Assembly (NCBI RefSeq): GCF_009914755.1
Contig: NC_060943.1
Direction: 5' to 3' (one strand)
DNA: 64,000 bases
Source of the DNA: the human T2T-CHM13v2.0 reference genome, Homo sapiens
The notes under the pieces are model-generated. The model was not told the origin of the DNA, ran no database searches, and saw only the letters and a list, made by a program, of their open reading frames with translations. This document shows, piece after piece, positions 28,501-40,482 of this stretch (the stretch's first letter is position 1; the number at the start of each line of letters is the position of its first letter). Made by a program: the position numbers and the translations under genes.

Positions 28501-31500
28501 TATTCAACTCACAGAGTTGAACGATCCTTTACACAGAGCAGACTTGAAACACTCTTTTTGTAGAATTTGCAAGTGGAGATTTCAGCCGCTTTGAGGTCAA
28601 TGGTAGAATAGGAAATATCTTCCTATAGAAACTAGACAGAATGATTCTCAGAAACTCCTTTGTGATGTGTGCGTTCAACTCACAGAGTTCAACCTTTCTT
28701 TTCATAGAGCAGTTGGGAAACACTCTGTTTGTAAAGTCTGCAAGTGGATATTCAGACTTCTTTGAGGCCTTCGTTGGAAGCGGGATTTCTTCATATTCTG
28801 CTAGACAGAAGAATTCTCAGTAACTGCCTTGTGTTGTGTGTATTCAACTCACAGAGTTGAACGATCCTTTACACAGAGCAGACTTGAAATACTCTTTTTG
28901 TGGAATTTGCAAGTGGAGATTTCAGCCGCTTTGAGGTCAATGGTAGAATAGGAAATATCTTCCTATAGAAACTAGACAGAATGATTCTCAGAAACTCCTT
29001 TGTGATGTGTGCGTTCAACTCACAGAGTTTAACCTTTCTTTTCATAGAGCAGTTAGGAAACACTCTGTTTGTAAAGTCTGCAAGTGGATATTCAGACCTC
29101 CTTGAGGCCTTCGTTGGAAACGGGATTTCTTCATATTATGCTAGACAGAAGAATTCTCAGTAACTTCCTTGTGTTGTGTGTATTCAACTCACAGAGTTGA
29201 ACGATCCTTTACACAGAGCAGACTTGAAACACTCTTTTTGTGGAATTTGCAAGTGGAGATTTCAGCCGCTTTGAGGTCAATGGTAGAATAGGAAATATCT
29301 TCCTATAGAAACTAGACAGAATGATTCTCAGAAACTCCTTTGTGATGTGTGCGTTCAACTCACAGAGTTCAACCTTTCTTTTCATAGAGCAGTTGGGAAA
29401 CACTCTGTTTGTAAAGTCTGCAAGTGGATATTCAGACTTCTTTGAGGCCTTCGTTGGAAGCGGGATTTCTTCATATTCTGCTAGACAGAAGAATTCTCAG
29501 TAACTGCCTTGTGTTGTGTGTATTCAACTCACAGAGTTGAACGATGCTTTACACAGAGCAGACTTGAAACACTCTTTTTGTGGAATTTGCAAGTGGAGAT
29601 TTCAGCCGCTGTGAGGTCAATGGTAGAATAGGAAATATCTTCCTATAGAAACTAGACAGAATGATTCTCAGAAACTCCTTTGTGATGTGTGCGTTCAACT
29701 CACAGAGTTTAACCTTTCTTTTCATAGAGCAGTTGGGAAACACTCTGTAAAGTCTGCAAGTGGATATTCAGACATCCTTGAGGCTTTCGTTGGAAACGGG
29801 ATTTCTTCATATTCTGCTAGAAAGAAGAATTCTCAGTAACTTCCTTGTGTTGTGTGTATTCAACTCACAGAGTTGAACGATCCTTTACACAGAGCAGACT
29901 TGAAACACTCTTTTTGTGGAATTTGCAAGTGGAGATTTCAGCCGCTTTGAGTTCAATGGTAGAATAGGAAATATCTTCCTATAGAAACTAGACAGAATGA
30001 TTCTCAGAAACTCCTTTGTGATGTGTGCGTTCAACTCACAGAGTTCAACCTTTCTTTTCATAGAGCAGTTGGGAAACACTCTGTTTGTAAAGTCTGCAAG
30101 TGGATATTCAGACTTCTTTGAGGCCTTCGTTGGAAGCGGGATTTCTTCATATTCTGCTAGACAGAAGAATTCTCAGAAACTTCCTTGTGTTGTGTGTTTT
30201 CAACTCACAGAGTTGAACGATCCTTTACACAGAGCAGACTTGAAACACTCCTTTTGTGGAATTTGCAAGTGGAGATTTCAGCCGCTTTGAGGTCAATGGT
30301 AGAATAGGAAATATCTTCCTATAGAAAGTAGACAGAATGATTCTCAGAAACTCCTTTGTGATGTGTGCGTTCAACTCACAGAGTTTAACCTTTCTTTTCA
30401 TAGAGCAGTTAGGAAACACTCTGTTTGTAAAGTCTGCAAGTGGATATTCAGACCTCCTTGAGGCCTTCGTTGGAAGCGGGATTTCTTCATATTATGCTAG
30501 ACAGAAGAATTCTCAGTAACTTCCTTGTGTTGTGTGTATTCAACTCACAGAATTGAACGATCCTTTACACAGAGCAGACTTGAAACACTCTTTTTGTGGA
30601 ATTTGCAAGTGGAGATTTCAGCCGCTTTGAGTTCAATGGTAGAATAGGAAATATCTTCCTATAGAAACTAGACAGAATGATTCTCAGAAACTCCTTTGTG
30701 ATGTGTGCGTTCAACTCACAGAGTTCAACCTTTCTTTTCATAGAGCAGTTGGGAAACACTCTGTTTGTAAAGTCTGCAAGTGGATATTCAGACTTCTTTG
30801 AGGCCTTCGTTGGAAGCGGGATTTCTTCATATTCTGCTAGACAGAAGAATTCTCAGTAACTTCCTTGTGTTGTGTGTATTCAACTCACAGAGTTGAACGA
30901 TCCTTTACACAGAGCAGACTTGAAACACTCTTTTTGTGGAATTTGCAAGTGGAGATTTCAGCCGCTTTGAGGTCAATGGTAGAATAGGAAATATCTTCCT
31001 ATAGAAACTAGACAGAATGATTCTCAGAAACTCCTTTGTGATGTGTGCGTTCAACTCACAGAGTTTAACCTTTCTTTTCATAGAGCAGTTAGGAAACACT
31101 CTGTTTGTAAAGTCTGCAAGTGGATATTCAGACATCCTTGAGGCTTTCGTTGGAAACGGGATTTCTTCATATTCTGCTAGAAAGAAGAATTCTCAGTAAC
31201 TTCCTTGTGTTGTGTGTATTCAACTCACAGAGTTGAACGATCCTTTACACAGAGCAGACTTGAAACACTCCTTTTGTGGAATTTGCAAGTGGAGATTTCA
31301 GCCGCTTTGAGGTCAATGGTAGAATAGGAAATATCTTCCTATAGAAACTAGACAGAATGATTCTCAGAAACTCCTTTGTGATGTGTGCGTTCAACTCACA
31401 GAGTTTAACCTTTCTTTTCATAGAGCAGTTGGGAAACACTCTGTTTGTAAAGTCTGCAAGTGGATATTCAGACATCCTTGAGGCTTTCGTTGGAAACGGG

Positions 31501-32036
31501 ATTTCTTCATATTCTGCTAGAAAGAAGAATTATCAGTAACTTCCTTGTGTTGTGTGTATTCAACTCACAGAGTTGCACGATCCTTTACACAGAGGAGACT
31601 TGAAACACTCTTTTTGTGGAATTTGCAAGTGGAGATTTCAGCCGCTTTGAGGTCAATGGTAGAATAGGAAATATCTTCCTATAGAAACTAGACAGAATGA
31701 TTCTCAGAAACTTCTTTGTGATGTGTGCGTTCAACTCACAGAGTTTAACCTTTCTTTTCATAGAGCAGTTAGGAAACACTCTGTTTGTAAAGTCTGCAAG
31801 TGGATATTCAGTCCTCCTTGAGGCCTTCGTTGGAAGCGGGATTTCTTCATGTTCTGCTAGACAGAAGAATTCTCAGAAACTTCCTTGTGTTGTGTGTTTT
31901 CAACTCACAGAGTTGAACGATCCTTTACACAGAGCAGACTTGAAACACTCCTTTTGTGGAATTTGCAAGTGGAGATTTCAGCCGCTTTGAGGTCAATGGT
32001 AGAATAGGAAATATCTTCCTATAGAAACTAGACAGA
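25583..32036 (+). repeat. One complete copy of a cryptic 19-dimer (38-monomer, 6,454 bp) super-unit
   Basis: Between two TGAGAAATCC marker dimers (25583, 32037) the order is X C I Fc L F L(ga) F I(P) F L F I(del4) F L F I I V. Region 784-12673 has the same order plus internal duplications. Confidence 0.75.
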
Positions 32037-34754
32037 ATGATTCTGAGAAATCCTTTGTGATGTGTGCGTACAACTCACAGAGTTTAACCTTTCTTTTCAT
32101 AGAGCAGTTAGGAAACACTCTGTTTGTAAAGTCTGCAAGTGGATATTCAGACCTCCTTGAGGCCTTCGTTGGAAACGGGATTTCTTCATATTATGCTAGA
32201 CAGAGGAATTCTCAGTAACTTCCTTGTGTTGTGTGTATTCAACTCACAGAGTTGAACGATCCTTTACACAGAGCAGACTTGAAACACTCTTTTTGTGGAA
32301 TTTGCAAGTGGAGATTTCAGCCGCTTTGAGTTCAATGGTAGAATAGGAAATATCTTCCTATAGAAACTACACAGAATGATTCTCAGAAACTGCTTTGTGA
32401 TGTGTGCGTTCAACTCACAGAGTTCAACCTTTCTTTTCATAGAGCAGTTGGGAAACACTCTGTTTGTAAAGTCTGCAAGTGGATATTCAGACTTCTTTGA
32501 GGCCTTCGTTGGAAGCGGGATTTCTTCATGTTCTGCTAGACAGAAGAATTCTCAGAAACTTCCTTGTGTTGTGTGTTTTCAACTCACAGAGTTGAACGAT
32601 CCTTTACACAGAGCAGACTTGAAACACTCTTTTTGTGGAATTTGCAAGTGGAGATTTCAGCCGCTGTGAGGTCAATGGTAGAATAGGAAATATCTTCCTA
32701 TAGAAACTAGACAGAATGATTCTCAGAAACTCCTTTGTGATGTGTGCGTTCAACTCACAGAGTTCAACCTTTCTTTTCATAGAGCAGTTGGGAAACACTC
32801 TGTTTGTAAAGTCTGCAAGTGGATATTCAGACTTCTTTGAGGCCTTCGTTGGAAGCGGGATTTCTTCATATTCTGCTAGACAGAAGAATTCTCAGTAACT
32901 GCCTTGTGTTGTGTGTATTCAACTCACAGAGTTGAACGATCCTTTACACAGAGCAGACTTGAAACACTCTTTTTGTGGAATTTGCAAGTGGAGATTTCAG
33001 CCGCTTTGAGTTCAATGGTAGAATAGGAAATATCTTCCTATAGAAACTAGACAGAATGATTCTCAGAAACTCCTTTGTGATGTGTGCGTTCAACTCACAG
33101 AGTTTAACCTTTCTTTTCATAGAGCAGTTAGGAAACACTCTGTTTGTAAAGTCTGCAAGTGGATATTCAGACATCCTTGAGGCTTTCGTTGGAAACGGGA
33201 TTTCTTCATATTCTGCTAGAAAGAAGAATTCTCAGTAACTTCCTTGTGTTGTGTGTATTCAACTCACAGAGTTGAACGATCCTTTACACAGAGCAGACTT
33301 GAAACACTCCTTTTGTGGAATTTGCAAGTGGAGATTTCAGCCGCTTTGAGGTCAATGGTAGAATAGGAAATATCTTCCTATAGAAACTAGACAGAATGAT
33401 TCTCAGAAACTCCTTTGTGATGTGTGCGTTCAACTCACAGAGTTTAACCTTTCTTTTCATAGAGCAGTTGGGAAACACTCTGTTTGTAAAGTCTGCAAGT
33501 GGATATTCAGACATCCTTGAGGCTTTCGTTGGAAACGGGATTTCTTCATATTCTGCTAGAAAGAAGAATTCTCAGTAACTTCCTTGTGTTGTGTGTATTC
33601 AACTCACAGAGTTGCACGATCCTTTACACAGAGGAGACTTGAAACACTCTTTTTGTGGAATTTGCAAGTGGAGATTTCAGCCGCTTTGAGGTCAATGGTA
33701 GAATAGGAAATATCTTCCTATAGAAACTAGACAGAATGATTCTCAGAAACTTCTTTGTGATGTGTGCGTTCAACTCACAGAGTTTAACCTTTCTTTTCAT
33801 AGAGCAGTTAGGAAACACTCTGTTTGTAAAGTCTGCAAGTGGATATTCAGTCCTCCTTGAGGCCTTCGTTGGAAGCGGGATTTCTTCATGTTCTGCTAGA
33901 CAGAAGAATTCTCAGAAACTTCCTTGTGTTGTGTGTTTTCAACTCACAGAGTTGAACGATCCTTTACACAGAGCAGACTTGAAACACTCCTTTTGTGGAA
34001 TTTGCAAGTGGAGATTTCAGCCGCTTTGAGGTCAATGGTAGAATAGGAAATATCTTCCTATAGAAACTAGACAGAATGATTCTGAGAAATCCTTTGTGAT
34101 GTGTGCGTACAACTCACAGAGTTTAACCTTTCTTTTCATAGAGCAGTTAGGAAACACTCTGTTTGTAAAGTCTGCAAGTGGATATTCAGACCTCCTTGAG
34201 GCCTTCGTTGGAAACGGGATTTCTTCATATTATGCTAGACAGAGGAATTCTCAGGAACTTCCTTGTGTTGTGTGTATTCAACTCACAGAGTTGAACGATC
34301 CTTTACACAGAGCAGACTTGAAACACTCTTTTGGTGGAATTTGCAAGTGGAGATTTCAGCCGCTTTGAGTTCAATGGTAGAATAGGAAATATCTTCCTAT
34401 AGAAACTACACAGAATGATTCTCAGAAACTGCTTTGTGATGTGTGCGTTCAACTCACAGAGTTCAACCTTTCTTTTCATAGAGCAGTTGGGAAACACTCT
34501 GTTTGTAAAGTCTGCAAGTGGATATTCAGACTTCTTTGAGGCCTTCGTTGGAAGCGGGATTTCTTCATGTTCTGCTAGACAGAAGAATTCTCAGAAACTT
34601 CCTTGTGTTGTGTGTTTTCAACTCACAGAGTTGAACGATCCTTTACACAGAGCAGACTTGAAACACTCTTTTTGTGGAATTTGCAAGTGGAGATTTCAGC
34701 CGCTGTGAGGTCAATGGTAGAATAGGAAATATCTTCCTATAGAAACTAGACAGA
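30677..34754 (+). repeat. Imperfect tandem duplication of 6 dimers (2,039 bp)
   Basis: F I I V X C at 30677-32715 recurs at 32716-34754, but the copies differ at several sites (31532; CAGTAAC vs CAGGAAC; TTGTGG vs TGGTGG). Confidence 0.75.
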
Positions 34755-37262
34755 ATGATTCTCAGAAACTCCTTTGTGATGTGTGCGTTCAACTCACAGA
34801 GTTTAACCTTTCTTTTCATAGAGCAGTTGGGAAACACTCTGTTTGTAAAGTCTGCAAGTGGATATTCAGACATCCTTGAGGCTTTCGTTGGAAACGGGAT
34901 TTCTTCATATTCTGCTAGAAAGAAGAATTCTCAGTAACTTCCTTGTGTTGTGTGTATTCAACTCACAGAGTTGAACGATCCTTTACACAGAGCAGACTTG
35001 AAACACTCTTTTTGTGGAATTTGCAAGTGGAGATTTCAGCCGCTTTGAGTTCAATGGTAGAATAGGAAATATCTTCCTATAGAAACTAGACAGAATGATT
35101 CTCAGAAACTCCTTTGTGATGTGTGCGTTCAACTCACAGAGTTCAACCTTTCTTTTCATAGAGCAGTTGGGAAACACTCTGTTTGTAAAGTCTGCAAGTG
35201 GATATTCAGACTTCTTTGAGGCCTTCGTTGGAAGCGGGATTTCTTCATGTTCTGCTAGACAGAAGAATTCTCAGAAACTTCCTTGTGTTGTGTGTTTTCA
35301 ACTCACAGAGTTGAACGATCCTTTACACAGAGCAGACTTGAAACACTCCTTTTGTGGAATTTGCAAGTGGAGATTTCAGCCGCTTTGAGGTCAATGGTAG
35401 AATAGGAAATATCTTCCTATAGAAAGTAGACAGAATGATTCTCAGAAACTCCTTTGTGATGTGTGTGTTCAACTCACAGAGTTTAACCTTTCTTTTCATA
35501 GAGCAGTTAGGAAACACTCTGTTTGTAAAGTCTGCAAGTGGATATTCAGACCTCCTTGAGGCCTTCGTTGGAAACGGGATTTCTTCATATTATGCTAGAC
35601 AGAAGAATTCTCAGTAACTTCCTTGTGTTGTGTGTATTCAACTCACAGAGTTGAACGATCCTTTACACAGAGCAGACTTGAAACACTCTTTTTGTGGAAT
35701 TTGCAAGTGGAGATTTCAGCCGCTGTGAGTTCAATGGTAGAATAGGAAATATCTTCCTATAGAAACTAGACAGAATGATTCTCAGAAACTCCTTTGTGAT
35801 GTGTGCGTTCAACTCACAGAGTTCAACCTTTCTTTTCATAGAGCAGTTGGGAAACACTCTGTTTGTAAAGTCTGCAAGTGGATATTCAGACTTCTTTGAG
35901 GCCTTCGATGGAAGCGGGATTTCTTCATATTCTGCTAGACAGAAGAATTCTCAGTAACTGCCTTGTGTTGTGTGTATTCAACTCACAGAGGTGAACGATC
36001 CTTTACACAGAGCAGACTTGAAACACTCTTTTTGTGGAATTTGCAAGTGGAGATTTCAGCCGCTGTGAGTTCAATGGTAGAATAGGAAATATCTTCCTAT
36101 AGAAACTAGACAGAATGATTCTCAGAAACTCCTTTGTGATGTGTGCGTTCAACTCACAGAGTTCAACCTTTCTTTTCATAGAGCAGTTGGGAAACACTCT
36201 GTTTGTAAAGTCTGCAAGTGGATATTCAGACTTCTTTGAGGCCTTCGTTGGAAGCGGGATTTCTTCATATTCTGCCAGACAGAAGAATTCTCAGTAACTG
36301 CCTTGTGTTGTGTGTATTCAACTCACAGAGTTGAACGATCCTTTACACAGAGCAGACCTGAAACAATCTTTTTGTGGAATTTGCAAGTGGAGATTTCAGC
36401 CGCTTTGAGGTCAATGGTAGAATAGGAAATATCTTCCTATAGAAACTAGACAGAATGATTCTCAGAAACTCCTTTGTGATGTGTGCGTTCAACTCACAGA
36501 GTTTACCCTTTCTTTTCATAGAGCAGTTAGGAAACACTCTGTTTGTAAAGTCTGCAAGTGGATATTCAGACATCCTTGAGGCTTTCGTTGGAAACGGGAT
36601 TTCTTCATATTCTGCTAGAAAGAAGAATTCTCAGTAACTTCCTTGTGTTGTGAGTATTCAACTCACAGAGTTGAACGATCCTTTACACAGAGCAGACTTG
36701 AAACACTCTTTTTGTGGAATTTGCAAGTGGAGATTTCAGCCGCTTTGAGTTCAATGGTAGAATAGGAAATATCTTCCTATAGAAACTAGACAGAACGATT
36801 CTCAGAAACTCCTTTGTGATGTGTGCGTTCAACTCACAGAGTTTAACCTTTCTTTTCATAGAGCAGTTGGGAAACACTCTGTTTGTAAAGTCTGCAAGTA
36901 GATATTCAGACATCCTTGAGGCTTTCGTTGGAAACGGGATTTCTTCATATTCTGCTAGAAAGAAGAATTCTCAGTAACTTCCTTGTGTTGTGTGTATTCA
37001 ACTCACAGAGTTGAACGATCCTTTACACAGAGCAGACTTGAAACACTCTTTTTGTGGAATTTGCAAGTGGAGATTTCAGCCGCTTTGAGGTCAATGGTAG
37101 AATAGGAAATATCTTCCTATAGAAACTAGACAGAATGATTCTCAGAAACTCCTTTGTGATGTGTGCGTTCAACTCACAGAGTTTAACCTTTCTTTTCATA
37201 GAGCAGTTGGGAAACACTCTGTTTGTAAAGTCTGCAAGTGGATATTCAGACATCCTTGAGGC

Positions 37263-37279
37263 TTTCGTTGGAAAAGGGA
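37263..37279 (+). promoter_or_regulatory. Disrupted CENP-B box (CGGG->AGGG); same allele at 49839, 55619, 58678, 62078, 63098
   Basis: TTTCGTTGGAAAAGGGA: the essential C at box position 13 is replaced by A, always on an I-type dimer. Confidence 0.9.
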
Positions 37280-40200
37280 TTTCTTCATATTCTGCTAGAA
37301 AGAAGAATTCTCAGTAACTTCCTTGTGTTGTGTGTATTCACCTCACAGAGTTGAACGATCCTTTACACAGAGCAGACTTGAAACACTCTTTTTGTGGAAT
37401 TTGCAAGTGGAGATTTCAGCCGCTTTGAGGTCAATGGTAGAATAGGAAATATCTTCCTATAGAAAGTAGACAGAATGATTCTCAGAAACTCCTTTGTGAT
37501 GTGTGCGTTCAACTCACAGAGTTTAACCTTTCTTTTCATAGAGCAGTTAGGAAACACTCTGTTTGTAAAGTCTGCAAGTGGATATTCAGACCTCCTTGAG
37601 GCCTTCGTTGGAAGCGGGATTTCTTCATGTTCTCCTAGACAGAAGAATTCTCAGAAACTTCCTTGTGTTGTGTGTTTTCAACTCACAGAGTTGAACGATC
37701 CTTTACACAGAGCAGACTTGAAACACTCCTTTTGTGGAATTTGCAAGTGGAGATTTCAGCCGCTTTGAGGTCAATGGTAGAATAGGAAATATCTTCCTAT
37801 AGAAACTAGACAGAATGATTCTGAGAAATCCTTTGTGATGTGTGCGTTCAACTCACAGAGTTTAACCTTTCTTTTCATAGAGCAGTTAGGAAACACTCTG
37901 TTTGTAAAGTCTGCAAGTGGATATTCAGACCTCCTTGAGGCCTTCGTTGGAAACGGGATTTCTTCATATTATGCTAGACAGAGGAATTCTCAGGAACTTC
38001 CTTGTGTTGTGTGTATTCAACTCACAGAGTTGAACGATCCTTTACACAGAGCAGACTTGAAACACTCTTTTTGTGGAATTTGCAAGTGGAGATTTCAGCC
38101 GCTTTGAGTTCAATGGTAGAATAGGAAATATCTTCCTATAGAAAGTACACAGAATGATTCTCAGAAACTGCTTTGTGATGTGTGCGTTCAACTCACAGAG
38201 TTCAACCTTTCTTTTCATAGAGCAGTTGGGAAACACTCTGTTTGTAAAGTCTGCAAGTGGATATTCAGACTTCTTTGAGGCCTTCGTTGGAAGCGGGATT
38301 TCTTCATATTCTGCTAGACAGAAGAATTCTCAGTAACTTCCTTGTGTTGTGTGTATTCAACTCACAGAGTTGAACGATCCTTTACACAGAGCAGACTTGA
38401 AACACTCTTTTTGTGGAATTTGCAAGTGGAGATTTCAGCCGCTTTGAGGTCAATGGTAGAATAGGAAATATCTTCCTTTAGAAACTAGACAGAATGATTC
38501 TCAGAAACTCCTTTGTGATGTGTGCGTTCAACTCACAGAGTTCAACCTTTCTTTTCATAGAGCAGTTGGGAAACACTCTGTTTGTAAAGTCTGCAAGTGG
38601 ATATTCAGACTTCTTTGAGGCCTTCGTAGGAAGCGGGATTTCTTCATGTTCTGCTAGACAGAAGAATTCTCAGAAACTTCCTTGTGTTGTGTGTTTTCAA
38701 CTCACAGAGTTGAACGATCCTTTACACAGAGCAGACTTGAAACACTCCTTTTGTGGAATTTGCAAGTGGAGATTTCAGCCGCTTTGAGGTCAATGGTAGA
38801 ATAGGAAATATCTTCCTATAGAAAGTAGACAGAATGATTCTCAGAAACTCCTTTGTGATGTGTGCGTTCAACTCACAGAGTTTAACCTTTCTTTTCATAG
38901 AGCAGTTAGGAAACACTCTGTTTGTAAAGTCTGCAAGTGGATATTCAGACCTCCTTGAGGCCTTCGTTGGAAACGGGATTTCTTCATATTATGCTAGACA
39001 GAAGAATTCTCAGTAACTTCCTTGTGTTGTGTGTATTCAACTCACAGAATTGAACGATCCTTTACACAGAGCAGACTTGAAACACTCTTTGTGGAATTTG
39101 CAAGTGGAGATTTCAGCCGCTTTGAGTTCAATGGTAGAATAGGAAATATCTTCCTATAGAAACTAGACAGAATGATTCTCAGAAACTCCTTTGTGATGTG
39201 TGCGTTCAACTCACAGAGTTCAACCTTTCTTTTCATAGAGCAGTTGGGAAACACTCTGTTTGTAAAGTCTGCAAGTGGATATTCAGACTTCTTTGAGGCC
39301 TTCGTTGGAAGCGGGATTTCTTCATATTCTGCTAGACAGAAGAATTCTCAGTAACTTCCTTGTGTTGTGTGTATTCAACTCACAGAGTTGAACGATCCTT
39401 TACACAGAGCAGACTTGAAACACTCTTTTTGTGGAATTTGCAAGTGGAGATTTCAGCCGCTTTGAGGTCAATGGTAGAATAGGAAATATCTTCCTATAGA
39501 AACTAGACAGAATGATTCTCAGAAACTCCTTTGTGATGTGTGCGTTCAACTCACAGAGTTTAACCTTTCTTTTCATAGAGCAGTTAGGAAACACTCTGTT
39601 TGTAAAGTCTGCAAGTGGATATTCAGACATCCTTGAGGCTTTCGTTGGAAACGGGATTTCTTCATATTCTGCTAGAAAGAAGAATTCTCAGTAACTTCCT
39701 TGTGTTGTGTGTATTCAACTCACAGAGTTGAACGATCCTTTACACAGAGCAGACTTGAAACACTCCTTTTGTGGAATTTGCAAGTGGGGATTTCAGCCGC
39801 TTTGAGGTCAATGGTAGAATAGGAAATATCTTCCTATAGAAACTAGACAGAATGATTCTCAGAAACTCCTTTGTGATGTGTGCGTTCAACTCACAGAGTT
39901 TAACCTTTCTTTTCATAGAGCAGTTGGGAAACACTCTGTTTGTAAAGTCTGCAAGTGGATATTCAGACATCCTTGAGGCTTTCGTTGGAAACGGGATTTC
40001 TTCATATTCTGCTAGAAAGAAGAATTCTCAGTAACTTCCTTGTGTTGTGTGTATTCAACTCACAGAGTTGCACGATCCTTTACACAGAGGAGACTTGAAA
40101 CACTCTTTTTGTGGAATTTGCAAGTGGAGATTTCAGCCGCTTTGAGGTCAATGGTAGAATAGGAAATATCTTCCTATAGAAACTAGACAGAATGATTCTC

Positions 40201-40482
40201 AGAAACTTCTTTGTGATGTGTGCGTTCAACTCACAGAGTTTAACCTTTCTTTTCATAGAGCAGTTAGGAAACACTCTGTTTGTAAAGTCTGCAAGTGGAT
40301 ATTCAGACCTCCTTGAGGCCTTCGTTGGAAACGGGATTTCTTCATATTATGCTAGACAGAGGAATTCTCAGGAACTTCCTTGTGTTGTGTGTATTCAACT
40401 CACAGAGTTGAACGATGCTTTACACAGAGCAGACTTGAAACACTCTTTTGGTGGAATTTGCAAGTGGAGATTTCAGCCGCTT

